Assembly (NCBI RefSeq): GCF_021028975.2 | Contig: NC_059438.1 | Coordinates: 28,086,001-28,150,000, forward strand | Reading direction: 5' to 3' | Length of the DNA stretch: 64,000 bases | Origin: Sphaerodactylus townsendi | Taxonomy: Eukaryota | In this document: in pieces, positions 24,560 to 36,500 of the stretch | Numbering within the stretch: the first letter of the stretch is position 1 | Layout of the letters: every line of letters begins with the position of its first letter | Notes under the pieces: model-generated | Databases searched by the model: none | What the model saw: only the letters and a program-made list of their open reading frames with translations | Told to the model about the DNA's origin: nothing | Made by a program: the position numbers and the translations under genes

Positions 24560-25700
24560 TTTTTCTCCTGAACAAAAAGCTATAGATGAGTTCCAGAGAA
24601 CTCAAGATGCTTGCACGTTGTTTTGTGACCCTTTGGTCAATCTTTGTAACAGTTAATGTGTTTCTTCTGTGTTTCGCCTTCATCATGTCTGTTGTGCACA
24701 GTGGGCTCAGATGTATTGGGTATTGTCAGACAAGCACACAGGAACAGTATGACTTCATAGTTAAAAAGAGGACTGTGGAGTGATGCAGGACTGTTACAGA
24801 ACCAATATAGAAGTACAAGCAGTTATTATTCTTCAGGAAGAAATCTCCTCCAAGGTAGAAGGTCGGTGGTACAAAACTGAAGGTTAACTGTATTTTATTG
24901 TCTAGTTATACATACAACCCCAAGTCCCAAGATGGAAGTGTTTCCACGTTACCCCACCACCACTGTTGTCCAAGTCAGTGAAATGAAATGTGTCAATAAG
25001 GCAAACCTTAGGAGCTTCAGGCTTCAGATGCAGTTATCTAAAAGTGATTGCATGGTACTGGATGGCACTACCATTCACATGCTTTCAGTGAGGAGTTCTT
25101 GAACATTGTACATCAGTTCCATTTTCCAGTGGTGTGTCTTGCAATACCTAGGGCAGATAGATAGGTTGGGTAGAGTATGGGTAGCCCAGGTCGCAGCCTA
25201 ACAGCGTCAATTGCAAAAAAAGCAAAGTTTGAAGTGGAGAGATGCCCCGTTATGGATGCCAAGTTATTGGCACAGCTACTGCTTGTCAACAAAAGCTGTT
25301 AAGTTCCTCTTGCTGGTGGACTATGTTACTTCAATTACTAAGGCAGATATAAAATACCCTTGGGTTCCAAGTTCTAAGTTCACCTGGCAGAGAAAACAAA
25401 AGCTGCATTGAGACCTATTGACATAAGGAAGCTGATATGCCTGATATTATGTGTGTGATGCCGCACACAGATGGCACCAAAAGATTAGGGTCAAGTCAGC
25501 AAACACGTATGTGATTGTCATTTTGTCCAACTTCAACACAAATTAATGTTGTGGATATTTTTTCAGTGTTGACAAACTTCACTGGTACATTGCTGCACGC
25601 AACTGCAGCCACGGATTTCAAAACAGCCAATGCATTGCCCATTGTTCACATTTTATGTATTCACTTTGTATGACGAGACTGTTTCTTCGAGGACAGGTGA
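24560..25700 (+). pseudogene. Decayed KDZ/Zisupton-type (HMGXB3-like) transposase sequence
   Basis: Collinear frameshifted motifs LDGT/HAFSEEFLNIVHQFHFP, AGGLCY...LGSKF*V..E..H*DLLT..MPDI-VCDAAH, LSFCP, HFMYSL resembling the HMGXB3 C-terminal KDZ domain as I recall it. Confidence 0.5.
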
Positions 25701-26159
25701 TAAAATCAGCTTGGGATATATTTTCCCCACCTCCCCTGATTTCACAGCTGCATTTCATAATGCTAAAGTTTATGGGTACTGTTTGCAAGGTTTGTAATAC
25801 TTCTGAATGATAGAATTAGATGATTGTTCAAAGGAAGCATCTGTTCTCGCTCTGTGGTAAGGAGCATATTTTGTAGCTAGTGTGTTTCCCACTGGCTGCT
25901 TAAGGAGGTAGGCCTCAAACTTCCTCTTCCTGTCTCCCAAGTGGGAACTTGTGCCTCAATTTTATCCCTTCTTTGCTCAGGGAGAGCTGATGAGATAGCT
26001 GTCTGCAGCAGCCATTCTACCTTTTTTCACCACTGTCCCTCTGCACCTTGCCTAACAATTCTAGCTCTCTGCTATAATAGCTAGAGCCTCCTCTGCTTTT
26101 TTCTATCTTGTGCCTGACCTCCTTCTACTCTTTCTGTGCCTTCTCTCTCCCTCTTCCTC

Positions 26160-28100
26160 CACACTTGCTAATGGAAGACCAAATGGAGACTGTTAATAGC
26201 TCTCCGAGGAGGACGCAGACCTGTGTCTGCTGTTCTCATCACAGCAGGGAACCCTCACAGCTCAAAGCAGCTCCAAATGTCTTGGAGGAGAGGAGGACAA
26301 GACTTTAAAGCTTCAGGTGCCAAAACAAGAGCTGCTGAATGTACCTCAGGAAAAAGGCATGGAAGGTTCTCCAAAATGGCCCCTAATGGCTTCCAGTTCA
26401 GCCCAGAGTGGCAACAAGTATAGGTCCTTGTGCCCTGCAAAGGGATTTCTTGAACCCAGTGTCAGGGATGGAAGTCTCCTGGGGTAATGAAACTTTACCC
26501 CCACCATCTGAAGTTGAGGGAAGGCAGCCATATTGTTCCAGTGAAATCACAGAGGTAGTTAGGAGGGCTCTAACGGAAGAGCTGCAACACCTAAAGATGC
26601 AACACTTCCGTTAGAGCCCTCCTAACTACCTCCCTGGCCTCCTATTGCTCCCCTTCAAGGTCTCCCAACCACACTTCCATCAACTGCTGCACATTTGAGT
26701 AGAATCAGGCCGCCCACTATGAGGAAAACACTAGGCAGGCTAACCAAGGCAGCCAGGAAAGCCTTCTTTTCAGGTGTCTACCTCAGTCACTTTCTGGGAA
26801 ACATGTCACCTCTTCCATCTCAGATAATGAAAAGGAGGAAAGGAAAATATCCTCTAAGGAGGAACCACCACAGCAGAACAGCCAGCTAGACTGTGTAATG
26901 GGGAAGATTATCAATCACATGGCCCTGGATGTCTCTGATGATCCTAAACCACTTGAGGAACCCAAAGAAGGCAGACCCAGACCAATGGAAACCAAGGAAA
27001 GAACAAAAGGGTGTGAGATATGGAAGATCTTTTCTCACCCGTGCTAGAAAATGGCCTGAATCTGAAATGTGAAAATCTGAAATGTGCAATCCTGGTTTCT
27101 AATTGCTTTGATCCTTTGGCTAAGATAGAGTCTGAAGACTTAATTGAATGTCAGAGGGCTTTCTCATCCAAGGATGACACTCCAGCGAAAGCGGAGGGGG
27201 CAGTGTCCCAGTAGGTGAAATAGGAAACAGTTTTATTGTGACAGCCCTTAAAAGAATACACCCATCGAGCTGCAAAAACGGTTAATAATATATTTGAGAG
27301 CATAAACTTGGTTTTGTCAAAGGTTGTCCAAATATCTCAGTGTTCAATCAAGTTCTGTCCCACAAACCCTGCCTCTGATATAAGTGCTGGTGACAGAAGA
27401 ACAGCGAACAGCTCAAAGTTATCCTCTGGGGGCAAGGAGGCAGATTACAGGGAGAGGAGGAAACAGGATCCTAAACGAAAGATGGCTTTTTCAGCTCAAA
27501 TTGCAGCATTGCACAGTCTGTCTCACAATATGCATCAGCATGGGCCTTTGAACACTAGATTTAAAGTAAAATGCCACCTATGCACACTTTTGGACATGCA
27601 GTCATCCCAAATTAGTCTGGAGAGTGTCCAGTCTCTGTGTAGTCTGAATTGAACTCAGAGAATACTGCTCTCTTTCCTTCACAGCTGTTTGATAACGAAG
27701 TGGTGTCCTCCTTGATTCCCAAACAATGTAATGTAAAGAGGGCAAGAGCTCGCCTGGGAGACAGGAAGTAGACTTTTAGTCCTCCTTCCTTTTAGCAGCT
27801 GTTGGAAAACATACTGGCTACAACTTGCCCTCCTCAGAGCAGAAGGAACCCTCAGAGTACATTTCTAAGGTTGCATTCTGAAAAGTTCACACATTCTTAG
27901 GTTCCACCAGCACAAGTGACTCTGAAACAACTGGAATGTATGTGATCTATCAAGGAGGACAATGGCCAGGAAGAGAAACTTCCAAGAAATCATTACCAGT
28001 CTTGCAAGCTACAGCTAGAGGAAAGCATTTGGCTTCCATTGCTGCCAGAGACAACTCCTGACCTAGTTTAGAAAAAGTGCTATGAACTGATGCTCTGCCA
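26160..28100 (+). mobile_element. Heavily decayed retroelement, possibly DIRS-like
   Basis: Low-complexity gag-like ORF pieces, then FSSCWKT...GCIL near 27790-27885 resembling the DIRS RT N-terminal F..W...GY.LEF pattern. Confidence 0.3.
26552..26632. repeat. Perfect 28-bp inverted repeat with 25-nt spacer
   Basis: GAGGTAGTTAGGAGGGCTCTAACGGAAG (26552-26579) / CTTCCGTTAGAGCCCTCCTAACTACCTC (26605-26632). Confidence 0.97.
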
Positions 28101-28307
28101 CGATGAGAAATATAGAGAGGCTTGAGTAAACATCAGTGAAACCTGTATCTATTGTACTGCCTTTAGACATTGTGAAGGAACTGTTTCTGGTCATAACTGT
28201 TTCTGGTTTGACAGTAACTCTGTGGCATACTTTACAGTGTTGACATGTGTCATGAACAAAACTAAAGACTTCCAGATTACGTATATTTCTAAAATATACG
28301 TAATATA

Positions 28308-28491
28308 TCCTTGATCTGAGATTGCAAATGCATTAGCAGACAAGATGCTCAGGAGCAGCAGCAGTAGCAGCAGAAGGCCATTGCTTTCACATCCTGAGCT
28401 CCCAAAGGCATCTGGTGGGCCTCAACAAGTAGCAGAGTGCTGGACTAGATGGACTCTGGTCTGATCCAGTAGGCTCGCTCTTATGTTCTTA
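28308..28491 (+). mobile_element. CR1-type 3' end
   Basis: TGGACTAGATGGACTCTGGTCTGATCCAG...CTTATGTTCTTA tail; inverse copy at 60871-61112. Confidence 0.8.
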
Positions 28492-28737
28492 AAATGGGTA
28501 CATTACAATATGTGATAAGTTACACACAAAACCAGAATATTTCCTGCTTATTTGGAGGAAGGTAAAGATTTTGTTACTGTAAGATCAGTAACGAATATAA
28601 GATTTAAAAAAAATATATTCTCTTAGACTGCACAATTTGGTTAAAAATCTTAGTTTAATTGCGCTGATATTGATAGTCTGATACAGACACAATATGGTTG
28701 TGAGCTACAGCATTAAATGACCTATGTTTTCCATGTT

Positions 28738-28945
28738 TAGATTTATACTCCACTTATCTCAATCAGAAGCAGTCTCAAGGTGGCTTACAAACTCCTTCCC
28801 TTCCTCTTCTCACAGCACACACCTTATGAGATAAGTGAGTCTGAGAGAACTGGGAGTGACTCAAGGTCACCCAGCAGGCCTTATGTGGAGAAGTGGGGTT
28901 CTCCAGGTCAGTCGTCCTCTCCTAACCAGTGCACCACGCTAGCCT
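28738..28945 (-). mobile_element. Squam3-type SINE (degenerate)
   Basis: AAGGTGGCTTACAAACTCCTTCCC...CAAGGTCACCCAGCAGG. Confidence 0.7.
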
Positions 28946-29673
28946 CTTTCTTTATGTCTGTTCTGCAAGCACAGTTCCAATTTCCTCCTGCTCCTTTGTC
29001 TCCTTGTTGTAGCATCCCTGCCTTGTAGTCATTCCTCTGCGTAGGACTTGTGACCCACCTCTCTACGAAGATGGATTTGTCTGGAAGTCCAAGGGGGCTG
29101 CCACAATGGATCAGAGCTTGGGAGGAAGCTGTATTCCTTCCAAGCTGCTTGGGCTTCGTGGTATATTTGACCCATTAGTTGAACTGAATGTCACTAGTCC
29201 TTCCAGCTAGGCTGAGAATTATTAAACTTAAAAGTTAGGGTGTGGGTACCACCATTTTTGTCATTGCCATGCTTTCTCTTCTACCTTTGCAAGCTACTTC
29301 ATAGTAATAACTTTAGCTAAGGGAAATGGTGGATTAATTAATGTTTAGAGTTGAATGAGTGTGTATGCATGCTTTATTCTAGATCAGGCAGGTATTGACA
29401 ACTGGAATATAGAGGAGCTTGTTTAAATATGACCTGTTTGAGAGGACGGTGATTGAAATATTGTTCCACTATCTTCAGATGGTTGTGTACTTTTAATGAG
29501 TAGAAAATGTAGCGCAGCAGGCAGTGGGTTGGATGGATCCCAAATACTTCTGCTGACAAAAGGCACTTACAGTAGTTAAGCAGAATTCCATTGCGACCCA
29601 CCGATCTCCCCCGAAAGCTGCTCCCAGGAGTTGGGAAATTTAATGATTTTCAGGGTAGGGGAGATTGGCACTA

Positions 29674-29913
29674 CCAGCATGGTACAGTGGTTAAGAGTGA
29701 AGGACTGTAATCTGAAGAACCAGGTTCATTTCCCCATTCCTATACATGAAGCCTGCTGGGTGACCTTGGGCCAGTCACAATTCTCTCAGAACTCTCCCAA
29801 CCCCACCTACCTCACAAGGTGCCTGTTATGGGGAGGGGAAGGGATGGTGATTGTAAGCCACTTTGAGATGCCTTTCAGCAGAGAAAAGTAAGGTATAAAA
29901 ACAAGCTCTTCTT
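29674..29913 (+). mobile_element. Squam3-type SINE
   Basis: CCAGCATGGTACAGTGGTTAAGAG...CTGGGTGACCTTGGG...CTCTTCTT. Confidence 0.8.
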
Positions 29914-30433
29914 CAAAAATTACTCCTCTTTCCAATAATGGAAATTATCAGAATCCAACCCAATGGCTTGTAAAAATATAAAACCTCTGCCCTGATTTTA
30001 TTCAGCAAAGAGGATTTGTGGCTAAGTCAGTATCTTGCTTGGTGACTGGGCCAGGCTTTCTGCTTTGCATTGAAACATATTAGCATCTTGTTGGCAGTAG
30101 CTACTGAGTCTGCCTGTCTTCTCATTTTACTAGAAGTGAAAGCCAAGTAGGCTTACAAGGACTTGCTGTCCAGGGTTTTGTAAATAGCTTGCAAACCACT
30201 TCAGTTGTGTGGACCCTTACTATTTGATGTGCAGGTTCTGGTGAAGTATGTATATATGGATGACTTCTTTGTAAGTGGGGAAGACCAACAGGTGAGTCAT
30301 CCTTAAAGTTATGTGGTTTGGAAATCAGGGGTTTTCTTCCTCCTCAACTGTCTCAAAGGATAGGATTCCTTCTGTTGCAAATGTTCTGGTATTTCACTGT
30401 ATTTATGTTAGCCTTTCCTTCCCTTCCCTTTAG

Positions 30434-30541
30434 ATTGTGAATCGGCACGGCCCCGAGGCAGACAGGCATTTACTACGCTGTCTATTCTCGCATGTGGATT
30501 TCAGTGGCGATGGTAAAAGCAGCGGCAAAGATTTTCATCAG
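30434..30541 (+). CDS. CNOT1: CNOT1 exon 3
   Basis: [36 protein letters not shown], 108 nt. Confidence 0.96.
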
Positions 30542-33500
30542 GTAAATTCTGCTCTTGAAGATTAGCTGGCTGTTTTAACACTTTCTTTTTTGTTCTTCTA
30601 GTAGGGTAATGTAAAAGAGTGCACAAGGTGCAAAATAGTGCATTTCCTGATAACAGCATCATGATTAAAGGGGAGGGGGAGTCATGGAAGTTTCTGCACA
30701 CCTGTCTTTTGAGACTTTTATAAGCAGCTACACAGGACCTACTGTCATCAGAAGCTGGTACTTGGAAATGCACATTCTTCAGGATCTCCATGGATGTTTA
30801 GAAATTCATGTAATGAAATCATTTTTAAACAGCCAGTAGAAAGCCTTCATGTATTAAAACAGCCAACGGACCTACAACATCATGCTTTCAATAACTGTTT
30901 TTAATAATAAGAATAGAGTTCTTTGCCTCCAAGCAATTTATCACCCAAAGGTGGTCTTAGAAAGGAATATCTATGGAAATTGGCTTATGTGTTGCGGGTT
31001 GTAAGTCACTTTGGAGGGAATTTCAAAGAGGTGGAGATGCCTTCAAATAAAGAGATGGCTTGGAGATGGTCTGCATCTTCATTGTTCTTGGTCTGCCTCC
31101 ACGAACAAGGGAATGACACGCAAGGCCTCCTTTGCCTGCGAGAGCCCATGAGGGGATAAATGCTGTGTGTTGGTTTAACTCACTTGGAGCACAAATGCTG
31201 CCTATAAAGGAGTCGGATTGCTCTTTGTATTGTTCGTGACTCTAAGTGCAGTACAGAAGAACAATATGTATTTCTAAATAAGAGAATGACTTGCAGCAAC
31301 TGTTTAATGTTTTCTGGAATAGGAAGGGCGAGAATCAATCTTGAACTGTAGTACTTTATATGCTACAACTTGTGCTACAAACGTGTGCTAGGACTGTGTA
31401 TTAAGATTTAATACACGTTAAGATTTAAATAGCTGAGAAACGGGATCCTGCTCTTCTGAAGGCTGCAGTCTGTGGTTTGCCTTTATTTTGGGGGGAGTAG
31501 AAGAGATTTATCATCTAACTTAACTTTTAGTCTATTGTTTGAATACTGTAAACATAGCACTGTTTATTCTGGCCATGTTGGCATTGACTAGAACTCGTGC
31601 ACCCTGTTCAGCTTTCTACAAGTCAGACCTGTTTGGTCAGTAAGCATGTCTGTAGTGTGTTGGGGAAACTATTGTGAGATGCTGAGATGGATTGGACTTA
31701 CTTTGGACCTGGCATTCAGGTTATCTGCAAACGTGCGCTGAACGAAGTGTTTTGCTGTTGTATGCTTACAATTATCCTTGCTACAGTAGTCTTTTTCATT
31801 TCTCAGACTCAGTTTCTGATCCAGGAGTGCGCGTCACTGATTACGAAGCCAAACTTTATTTCGACGCTGTCCTATGCTATTGAAAACCCTTTGCACTATC
31901 AGAAGGTTTGTATGCCCTTCATATGGGACCGCCAGCACGCGAGAGCATAAAAGAAAAACCCTGTAATTTGATAGTAGCTGCGCTGAACGAACTGGCCAAA
32001 ATGTAAAGGGTACATCTAGCAGGCTTTTGGAAGCTGCTAAAGTTCATGGGTATCTGTTTAGTTCAGTTTGTAGTCTCACTGGAAAAGGTCAAAGTGTTAA
32101 GAGACTGCATTAAGACTGCATTAAGGGAAGTCTCTAAATTTTACGCTCCATGCACAGCGGCAGTCACTTCTAACAGAATACATCCTTAAATTCATCCCTA
32201 AATTTGACCACTGTATTCCTGGCCCTGAGAAAGTAGCTGAGCCATTCAGGACTATCCACTGAGAAGCCACCTCTGCACTCCCACCCTGTGCATGGAGCGT
32301 AAAATTTAGAGACTTCCCTTAACTGATCTCAAAGATGGTCATATGGGAGAGTTCCTAGAAAGCGGGCTTCTAAGGTACATTGAGTCCAAGCCACTTACAA
32401 CTTCACATGTCGTTTATACCTAGCACATAAATTGAGCCTAGAGAGCCACTGAGAGTTGAGTATTGATGCTTCAGTATCTGGTGTAATAAAGGTCTGGTGG
32501 ACTAGCCTTTCGGGAAGTAGTTAACTGTATTCAGTATCAGCTGTAAAGTTTTCTTCTCTCTTCTGGTTACTAGTTCAATAGTATCATTCATGGTCCATCA
32601 GGATACTTGTTTCCAGCCCCATCTAGTGTAGTGGGAAAACTGTGAGATTGAGGGACTTGGTTTGCCTGGAACAGTGGGGGGTACAGCTGCATTTCACTTG
32701 GATGTTGGTAGCTCTGGGCTCCAAACTGCCAAACAATCTTGCCAAGCAGTCGTATATTACATACTATAATTTCCTTGTTAAATTTTCTGTTGTACACCTC
32801 CGGGGATAGGGCAGTATACAAAACTAATAAATAAATAAATAAATATTGCAGGTTGAAGAAGCTTCCTTTTTTCAGTGCCTGGTCAACTTCAGTACCAGCC
32901 CAGACAGACAATTTTTGCCTCCAGCGGCTGGTATACCAAAAGCCATCTAAGTTCAAGAGCAGCAGAATAAAAGTATTGTAGATCAGTTTTTGTAGCCCAT
33001 CCTTTCCTTCATCATAAGATGCAGACTTTGTGTGAGTTGTTCTGTATAGGTAATTGCTGTAGAGCTATTTTTCTTTCTAGGGTAATCAGTTTCTTTGTTA
33101 CCCGATGCATTGTGTTGTAGCTCTGAATTTCACCAGCTCATTTCCCCCCCCTTTTTTTTTTTTTCCTTTTCAGAGTCTTAAGCCATCACCTCATCTGTTC
33201 ACTCAGCTGAGCAAAGTCATCAAATTAAGCAAGGTTCAAGAGGTGGGTTAATTAGTTTCCTTTCAACATGCTAAGTACCTGTCCAAGGACTGGCAACTTT
33301 GCAGTCCTGTGGTTGGAATCTGATCAGGCAGTGGAGTTGAGAGTGTTCTCGCCAGTTGAATTAAGGTGTGATGTCAGTGGGTGTGAATTCCTCTTGGTTT
33401 TCATTCCCACTTCACTTCTCACTTTTAACACATTGCTAACCTCATGTCTAGCCTCTGGTGTAAACCTGGGTAGAGAGTTGCCCCCTTGTATCTTACTTCT

Positions 33501-36500
33501 GCTTGGCATCTATGCTAGGATCATCACCCTCTAAATCAGCAGTCCCCCAACCTTTTTCAGTCAGTGGCCACCTTGGGAATTTTAAGTGGCTTCTACAGGA
33601 GGGGGAGCCAAACCCTGAAAAGCTGCTACAGGAGGCGGAGCCAAACACAAAACTCCCTCCCTGCCTTGCAGAAGAATGGAATGTCAACCCTGCGTCTTTC
33701 CCAGTCCTCTTGATTATCCAGTGGCTGTGGGTACAATTGCAACTGTGGAAAACCCTTTCTTTGAATGAGGACAACCGGTATTAAGCCCTGCCTAACAGTG
33801 ACAACTTCCTGAAAAGTTTTGCAGGCACCGGGGGAAGTACTGATGGGCACCATGGTGCTTATCAGCACCACATTGGAAAACCCTTCTCCAAATCATGGTG
33901 TTTTCAATTAGCAGTCTCAGTTCCTGCTTAATACTAGAGGAGGACTGGGCCAGCGGTCAAGGTAGTGGCCCCATGATGTCTTGTGGAGGAGCTTCCCGCT
34001 TGTTGATTTACCTGCTGGCCTCTGCATTATGAATGTACAACCGTGCAGTTAATTGTTTTTCCTAATTTTGCTTAGGTTATTTTTGGCCTTGCACTGCTGA
34101 ACTCTTTCAACCCAGATCTGCGAGGTTTTGGTAAGAAAAAGTGATGCAGTTCTGTGAATGCATGTGTCAAGTGATAGCAGGCCCTAGTGGCTGGAGCTCC
34201 CTTCTGCGTTATTGCTTATATGGGAATTAGAATGTTCATCATAAACCTAAAATTAGAGGGCTGGAAGGGGAGAGAATAAATCCCCAAACCCGGGAAACCT
34301 GTCCTAGTCTCCGTGGCCCAGAAAATGATCACATTTTGTAATACTGATCTAATGATTAAATGGCATAATTCTGCTACGGTAGCTAAACAATCTTTTCCTC
34401 GGTATGCCTGAACCCTGTATATACTGCTCAGAGCTCCTTGCTCAGAGTGGAGTTCAAATCTTAACTGGAATGCACAGTGTTCTCTAGCTGACTCTCTGGA
34501 ATCTATTAGAAACCAGGAAATACGGATCTCTCACTGTTAGCATTTTGGCTAGCGTTGTTCCAGAATCTTTCTCATTTAAATGAGGGGACTGTCGGCAGAT
34601 GTGTTGGTTCCAAGAATTATTGAATGTTGTGTCCCCACCTGTGGGCACCAGGTTGAAAGCAAGATGAGAGGTAAATTATGGCAGAAGTCAGGATGTGGAT
34701 GGATCAGGGTGAACGTGCAAACAAGATTCAGGCAGAGTCAGCATGGAGCATGCAAAACAAATAGTTTCTAGGTACGCTCAAAGAGCTCCCAGCCAGCCTG
34801 TTGGAGGTCTCTTCTGACTTCTTTCTGGAGGTCTTTGTTGGAGATCAGAGCTAAGTGGAGAAGTTCAAGTGCTCTCAGTTCAGCTTATATTTTAGGGCAG
34901 GGTAGAACTGCTGAGTCTCTTGGCAGGCTCTTCCTGGCATGTAGCCCTTGAGGTTGTGCCAGACTACTTATGTGCTGATCAGAGCAGTGGGCATGTGTGA
35001 TGTAGATGAGCCGTAACCTTTATTTTTATTTTAAAAAGCAATTCAGTTAACTACTGCTTTCTTTTCTTTTTTTTCAAAATAAAGCTGCCCAGTTTATTAA
35101 ACAGAAGCTTCCGGATCTTCTGCGTTCATACATTGACGCAGACGTTGGTGGAAATCAAGAAGGTGGCTTCCAAGACATCGCCATAGAGATTTTGCACCTC
35201 CTCCTTTCCCATCTTCTTTTTGGGCAGAAGGGAGCCTTTGGGGTTGGACAAGAACAGATTGACGCTTTCCTCAAAACCTTACGTAGAGGTGAGTCGTATA
35301 TTTGTGGTGCTGTTCTAAAACCAATCTTCAAAAAGTTGCGATTATTGTATGAAAGCTTACTGATAGGAGGGCGGAAGGTAAAAAAGTGACAGGTTGTGGC
35401 TTTACAAAGAAAACTGCTGAAGAAATGGCCTATTTCTGACAGGTGTACAGTTTCATGTTTTCACAGGGGTTACTGCAGGAACTCTGTTCTTTAGATGGGG
35501 GTTTGATCCGGTGATGTGCAAGCCAAAACCTAGCAGGGCTTTGGTTTTGTATAAGATCTTGTGCAAGCGGAATTGCGCTTTCATTTTCCTTCCTGCATAT
35601 TAGAGTGCCCAGAAATATTGGTTGCAGAAGGTTTTCTGCAATCAGAAATGCAAGCAGGGATACAAAAGTTTGACTTGGCACAGGTACCTAACATGGTCTA
35701 TTTCTTGAGTTTCCATAAGAGCTCTAGTGCAAGTGGCAATCTTGCACTGGATCCAATATACTCAGTCTTATAAAAGTGACAAAACTGGTCTGAATCCATG
35801 GGAATTGTATTTACATCTAAAATATCACTAAAATGGTTTGGAGGTTGTAATAGAAACCTTTCCATTTTTGAAGCCAAGTTACTGCACTTGTGTAAGTGTT
35901 GAGGAAAGGAATGGATCTCTAGTGCTGTATCTAGGTTTCCTGTTTGGGCAAGCAGAGGTAATGGCCAAGAATTTTGGAGTGCCTTTCATCAGCTTTGGCC
36001 TTCTTGAGCAGAAAAGATCTGGCCGCTGGGGTGCATGCCCTAGTTTCCTGCAATGCACTGTGTGTGGAAGCGCCCTTGAAGAGTGTTTGGAAACTAACAG
36101 TTACTACGAAATGCTGCAGTCAGAACATCTACTGGAGTGGGTTATAGGGAACATATCATTCCTGTTCTGTTCCATCGATTCTTTCCCCAACTTGTTTCCA
36201 AAGTGAATTCAGGGTGCTGGTGCTGACCTTTAAAACCCTTATCTGGCGGGACCAGCATATCTTAAAGACCACATACTCCCATGTAAACCTAACCTACCCT
36301 ACCATCTGAGGCTAGAGTGGTGGCAACCCAAGAAAGAGCCTTTTTGATTGTGGCACAAATCTTTTTCCCCCGGGGGATCTGTCTGTGGCCCTCAAGCATT
36401 GTCTTCCACCAGCGGGTGATGACTTTTCTGTTTGATTTGCTCTCCCTAGCCGTTTTTGGTTTTGTGATTTTAAGTGCTTAATTGTTGATTTAAATTGTTA

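Noticed and set aside
25170-25550. Parvovirus or circovirus SF3 helicase-like motifs (GSPGRS, VIVILSN)
   Set aside because: No GKS/T, wrong spacing, and the motifs are better explained by the collinear KDZ-like match.
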